From the NCBI GenBank assembly GCA_965649765.1, contig OZ287752.1:40548001-40612000 (forward strand): a stretch of 64,000 nucleotides of DNA, read 5' to 3'. The stretch comes from Bispira polyomma (taxonomy: Eukaryota). The notes below the pieces were generated by a model that was not told where the DNA came from, searched no databases, and saw only the letters and a list, made by a program, of their open reading frames with translations. Positions 59,611 through 64,000 of this stretch are shown in pieces (the stretch's first letter is position 1; each line of letters begins with the position of its first letter). Position numbers and translations under genes: made by a program.

Positions 59611-62600
59611 GTAAGACAATAAGATCTAGATATGCAGTAGAATCTCGAGTATCTGAAACCCAGTGGCACTGATACGCCCGAGTTTGTGAATTAACAAAAT
59701 TTAGGGATTTTGTCCCTTTAATGTTCACGTAAAAGTGTGTAGGGTAGTGGGGAGAAACACATAGTTTTTCTCATTTACATAATAGCGTAGTTCCAGGGTT
59801 GAAATAGAAGTTAATTATTAAATATTTCATCTTAATACAAACAAGAATTAACAAATCTGTATGTATTAACATTGTTTGGATGGTTGAGATTCTACTATAA
59901 ATACATGGCTTGTGTGTTTAATTTGGCACCAAACTTTATAACAACTATTAAATCATGTATAAATAATAAAGATTTATTGAAAATAAATAAATTTAGGGGA
60001 TAAATCTGGAAATACAATAAATCAGTGAATTTATTACAATGTTGACTCTGTACCTTTGCTTAAATAGCAACTACAAATTAAGAATATATAAGCAGAAAAA
60101 ACCAAATAAACATACAAACATAGAAATGAGTAATTTCTTTTCACCTCTGGGCCACTTTCACCATTTAGTTGACAATTTTTTTTTTGAATAGTGCTTTACC
60201 TTTATATTTGTCATTATCAATCTAAAACAGCAAGCGGGAAGTAATAGAAAATCTAATACAGACTGCTGTGTTAAATATACTAGACACATTAAGATATACA
60301 CCAGGTCATCAAGCTTTGTTGGACAGACGGAAACAAACAACCCATACAAGTGTTAAAGCCACATTTGCTCTGAAGAGAGTTGATCACACTAGGGGAAGCA
60401 TTAAGATAAGTGCATTTGTAGACTTAGCCTTGTTTAATCTCTGTGACAGGAAGTACTGGCTAAGTAGCTTCAGTTAACCTGTATAAATTACTACCCCCAA
60501 GACCCCAAATGAATCCAGCATGACTTCATCAACCCATTTTAAAAATAAGCACCATGAGAGGCTACTTGTTACTGGGTGTGTTTTATTCTACCATAAACTG
60601 TGCTTGATAGCCGTGACTTTATCACAAGTAGAAATCAGTTATTTAGTATGAAATATGGTACATATGCCAAGGGATTCTTTTTTATATTTAAATTGTTTTA
60701 TAAAAAAAACCCAGCCTATGATTAGATATAAGGAGGGAGGGCTGGTTGGTTTTCCCCCAAAAATATGTAAATTGTTCCAGCGTTCCAGTTTGTTCGATGT
60801 GCTGCTAATGAACCTGTGTTTGTAAATATGACCACATATTCCTCGAGAGGTGTTCCAGATATGATTGATACTTCACAAATAAACTGAATGGTTTGAAATA
60901 GAGCCATTCTTGGCAAATGTATTGTGTTGCAAAATGAGTACTCTTCAGAAAACAGTGGATTGTTCTATTTAATATTTATATTCTAGTATAATGAATCAAT
61001 GATTCTAAAATCATTTAAAATGAGTGATCATTTGCTACCATCACCTTAAGATTACCACCAAAGCCTGCGCAATACGACGTTAAGGTACCTGGAAAGTCAT
61101 TAGTTTAAAATGGGACAAAAAATCTGTTCAAGATGGTCTGGTTAGCAATTAGAATACAATACACCATATGGCTACTTTGAGCTGAATAATGGCAGCTCTG
61201 TCATTAGTGAACTATCCTCCTTGTGGCTTCCTATGGAAATGATATTACCCACGTGGTATTGATTAGTCTTCATCACTGACAAAAGCACATAACCGTTAAG
61301 GGATAATATAAATATATAAAAAAAATTAAAAACCACTATAAAAATACACATTTGCCACAGGTTATAGTAAAATAGTTCATGTTGTTGGTTAGAATGAATT
61401 TTTTTGTCAATGGTGGATGTAGATATTTACAATTATATCCTTTCGTGTTTCAAAAGAAATATACTCCCCCCCCCCCCTCCTTTCTATGTAAACTTCAACG
61501 AGATAATTTCCAATCTCTCACTGCTATTAGCAATATATGATAACATAGTTTTAGATGACAGTGTATACCAGCTGTTGACCATTTTAAAGAATGCAGTATT
61601 GATCTGAATGTGACACATTTGTTTTCTGATGACAAGTCACTGTGTTATTACATCTATTTATTTATATTTACAAAGCCAGGGGCCCTGGTGGCATAGTGCT
61701 TAGTAGTATCAGAATAACACTAACCTCTCTCACCAATGTGGGTTTAAATCTCATTTGTTCTTCCACCATTAAATCTTGCCCTTTTCGACATAACAAAAGC
61801 CACGTAAAATCCAACTAAATTCAAATTCAATGATTTCCAAGCCCAATAATAACAATCCACTGGTACGGTCACCGACTAAAGCCAAATGGTTAAAAAAAGT
61901 TTCTGCTTTGAGGATTGCAAAGCAGGAAACCTTGGACCAACAGCCCAGTTCTGATTATTTTCCACCAGTGAAATGACTTAAGACGTGTTGAAATTGATAC
62001 AGGTGTGAGGCGGCTCTTTTACAACTACATGTCAGAGACCCCTTGTCACTTTATCGAAATATACCCCGAATCTAAACAGGAAATGTGATTTTTTTACTCA
62101 AGGGTATTTAAGTGCTGTAAAGGTTAGATGCATTATCTTCAATTCTATTCCCCACAAAGTGATTTAATGCTTCTGACAGGCTACAAGCTAAGATAGGTGA
62201 AACAAAGGGTTCGCATTAAAAGATTTATGCTATTGTTTTCTATCCTGCTTTTCTGTACATCTAAAACCAAAAGACAGATCACACATGAAAATATATTTCT
62301 GAAGAAAAAATACAACATTTTATATTCACATAGATTTTCAATGCCAAAAACTAAATCTATGGTTATCAAATGAGTGTGTTAACTTTGACATCCCTAGACT
62401 TAATTTGGCTGTAGCTTTACCCACTACTTAGCTTTCAAGGATTAAGGCCTTTTGCATTAGCACATTAGCCATATGATAGCATCATTACTAATGGCCAAGC
62501 CTCATTTGTGATCCCTAACTGAACACACAGTATTACCATCAGAATAACCTATCTCTTCTACATAGTGGCACCTCAGTAGCTACCTCTCTTCTCTCATCTT

Positions 62601-63706
62601 CCATCACAGCAGTTCGGGGTAAGACACTATAAAAATACACCATTGAACTCACACCAAATCAGTAAACACCTATGATAGATGTGCTAATGTCAAAGTAAAG
62701 TGAAAAGTTCCATCTTTAACTAACTGTGTTGGTCTTTTATAGTCATGATCTTATAATAATAATTGAAACATTTGTAAAGTTCCAAATTGATGAGAACATC
62801 CTTTAAGAATTTGATATCGCAAAAAGGGAAAGTCCAAGGGCAAGCAAAGGTCATTACAAGAAAAGCACCCACCAAGGGGAAGGGTGATTAAGGAATGGGG
62901 GGGGGGGGGGGGTCTGAAAAGGGTAGTATTCAGATGACTTCTGAAACCTGTGATTTTATCCTATGATCGGACAGTGTTAGGTGATAGAGAGATCTATTTT
63001 TACATCACCAAGGTGTCACTATGTAGAAGAGATGACTTAACATTAAAAGTAGTAATATGATGAGAATTCAGTGTGTTCAGTTAGGTCGAATAAATGAGGT
63101 TTGACCGGTTACATCTACCAGTTATATCAACAAATATATTTTGACAGTACTTGACAGTACTATCTCATCAGAGGCTGTAATTAAAAATACACTGTTGAAC
63201 TGATAATAAAATATATTTTGTTTGATTCCAGCTTATAAATGTCGGTTTGTATAATATGTACATGTGAACCGTAATCAGTAAAGTGTTATTGCAAAATTTC
63301 ATCCACAGTGACACACAAATATGCTGAAACACGTCATTAATGACATACAATCATCAGCATACAATTGCAACACCCATATTGTAATATGAATAATGTCTTA
63401 TAACAACACATGACAATGACGACAGTCAGCTATATTTAAATGTTCTCTAGCCATAGGTGTAGCCTAAAACATTGCATGATGGAATAATATTAGGTAATTT
63501 TTATATATTTCTTCTATGTGACCTTCTCACCAGTCAGGAGACTGAGGATTTGAATTATATCTTTCTAATAAGTGTCAGGTTGGTGGTGCATCAATCACAT
63601 TTAGCAAAGGCTTCTTACTTGTTAACACTTCCTGGCATATATATATAACAAAATGTGCTGTATTACAGTAGAACACAAGTAGAATACAAGAATACCCCTT
63701 AACAAG

Positions 63707-63892
63707 GCAGGTCGCAGAAAAGTAAAGGTCGCCTTATGTAACTTTATTTTTCACTGACATGTTTGTGGGTTTATTGCAGTTCCGAGTGACAGAAAAAGGT
63801 CGCAGTCTGCAGGTCGCAGATAAGTAAAGGTCGCCTTATGTTACTTATTTTTCACTGACATGTGTGTGGGTTTATTGCGGTTCTGAGTGACA
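63707..63892. repeat. ~102-bp tandem repeat, 2 copies (may continue beyond the window)
   Basis: GCAGGTCGCAGA.AAGTAAAGGTCGCCTTATGT...GAGTGACA starting at 63707 and 63809. Confidence 0.85.
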
Positions 63893-64000
63893 TTCCAGGC
63901 TTTAGAAGTAACCATTTTTCTTAGCGATTTGACCTACTTTCTAATTAGGTCAGCTATAATGCATTACCGGACACGATAATTCCAGAACTGAAAAAGGTGT

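Noticed and set aside
39645-63350. Many 60-120 aa ORFs in the right half as genes
   Set aside because: No recognisable domains and AT-rich random-like composition; a few may be eroded LINE pieces (~43900-44300, ~46840-47380) too degraded to call.

Overview
AT-rich animal genomic DNA, probably an invertebrate or lophotrochozoan (inferred from the SINE and YR-element types), with no complete intact host gene. The first 36 kb is a decayed tandem array of three intronless LRR-receptor pseudogenes on the minus strand. It is invaded by four tyrosine-recombinase (YR) retrotransposons, all on the minus strand. (1) A full-length Ngaro-type element with split direct repeats, 9918-16854. (2) A DIRS1-type element with ITRs and an ICR, 20705-31630. 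(3) A second Ngaro nested inside the DIRS YR gene, 21783-27169. (4) An internally deleted third Ngaro, ~32.2-35.9 kb. L2/CR1-like LINE fragments and tRNA-derived SINEs are scattered throughout. The right half is mostly non-coding, with SINEs, a 38-bp minisatellite and two candidate exons of a plus-strand gene. Main observation: comparing the three divergent Ngaro copies suggests a retrovirus-like three-way expression scheme. Gag would come from unspliced RNA. Gag-Pol would come from recoding: an A_AAA_AAC -1 frameshift plus stem-loop in one lineage, and in-frame UAG-G readthrough in the other. The ATG-less recombinase would be made as a spliced GagN-YR fusion, using a conserved phase-1 donor in gag and an acceptor just after the pol stop. 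This reconstructs an uninterrupted 509-aa ORF in the nested copy. All of this is read by eye and is not experimentally shown.
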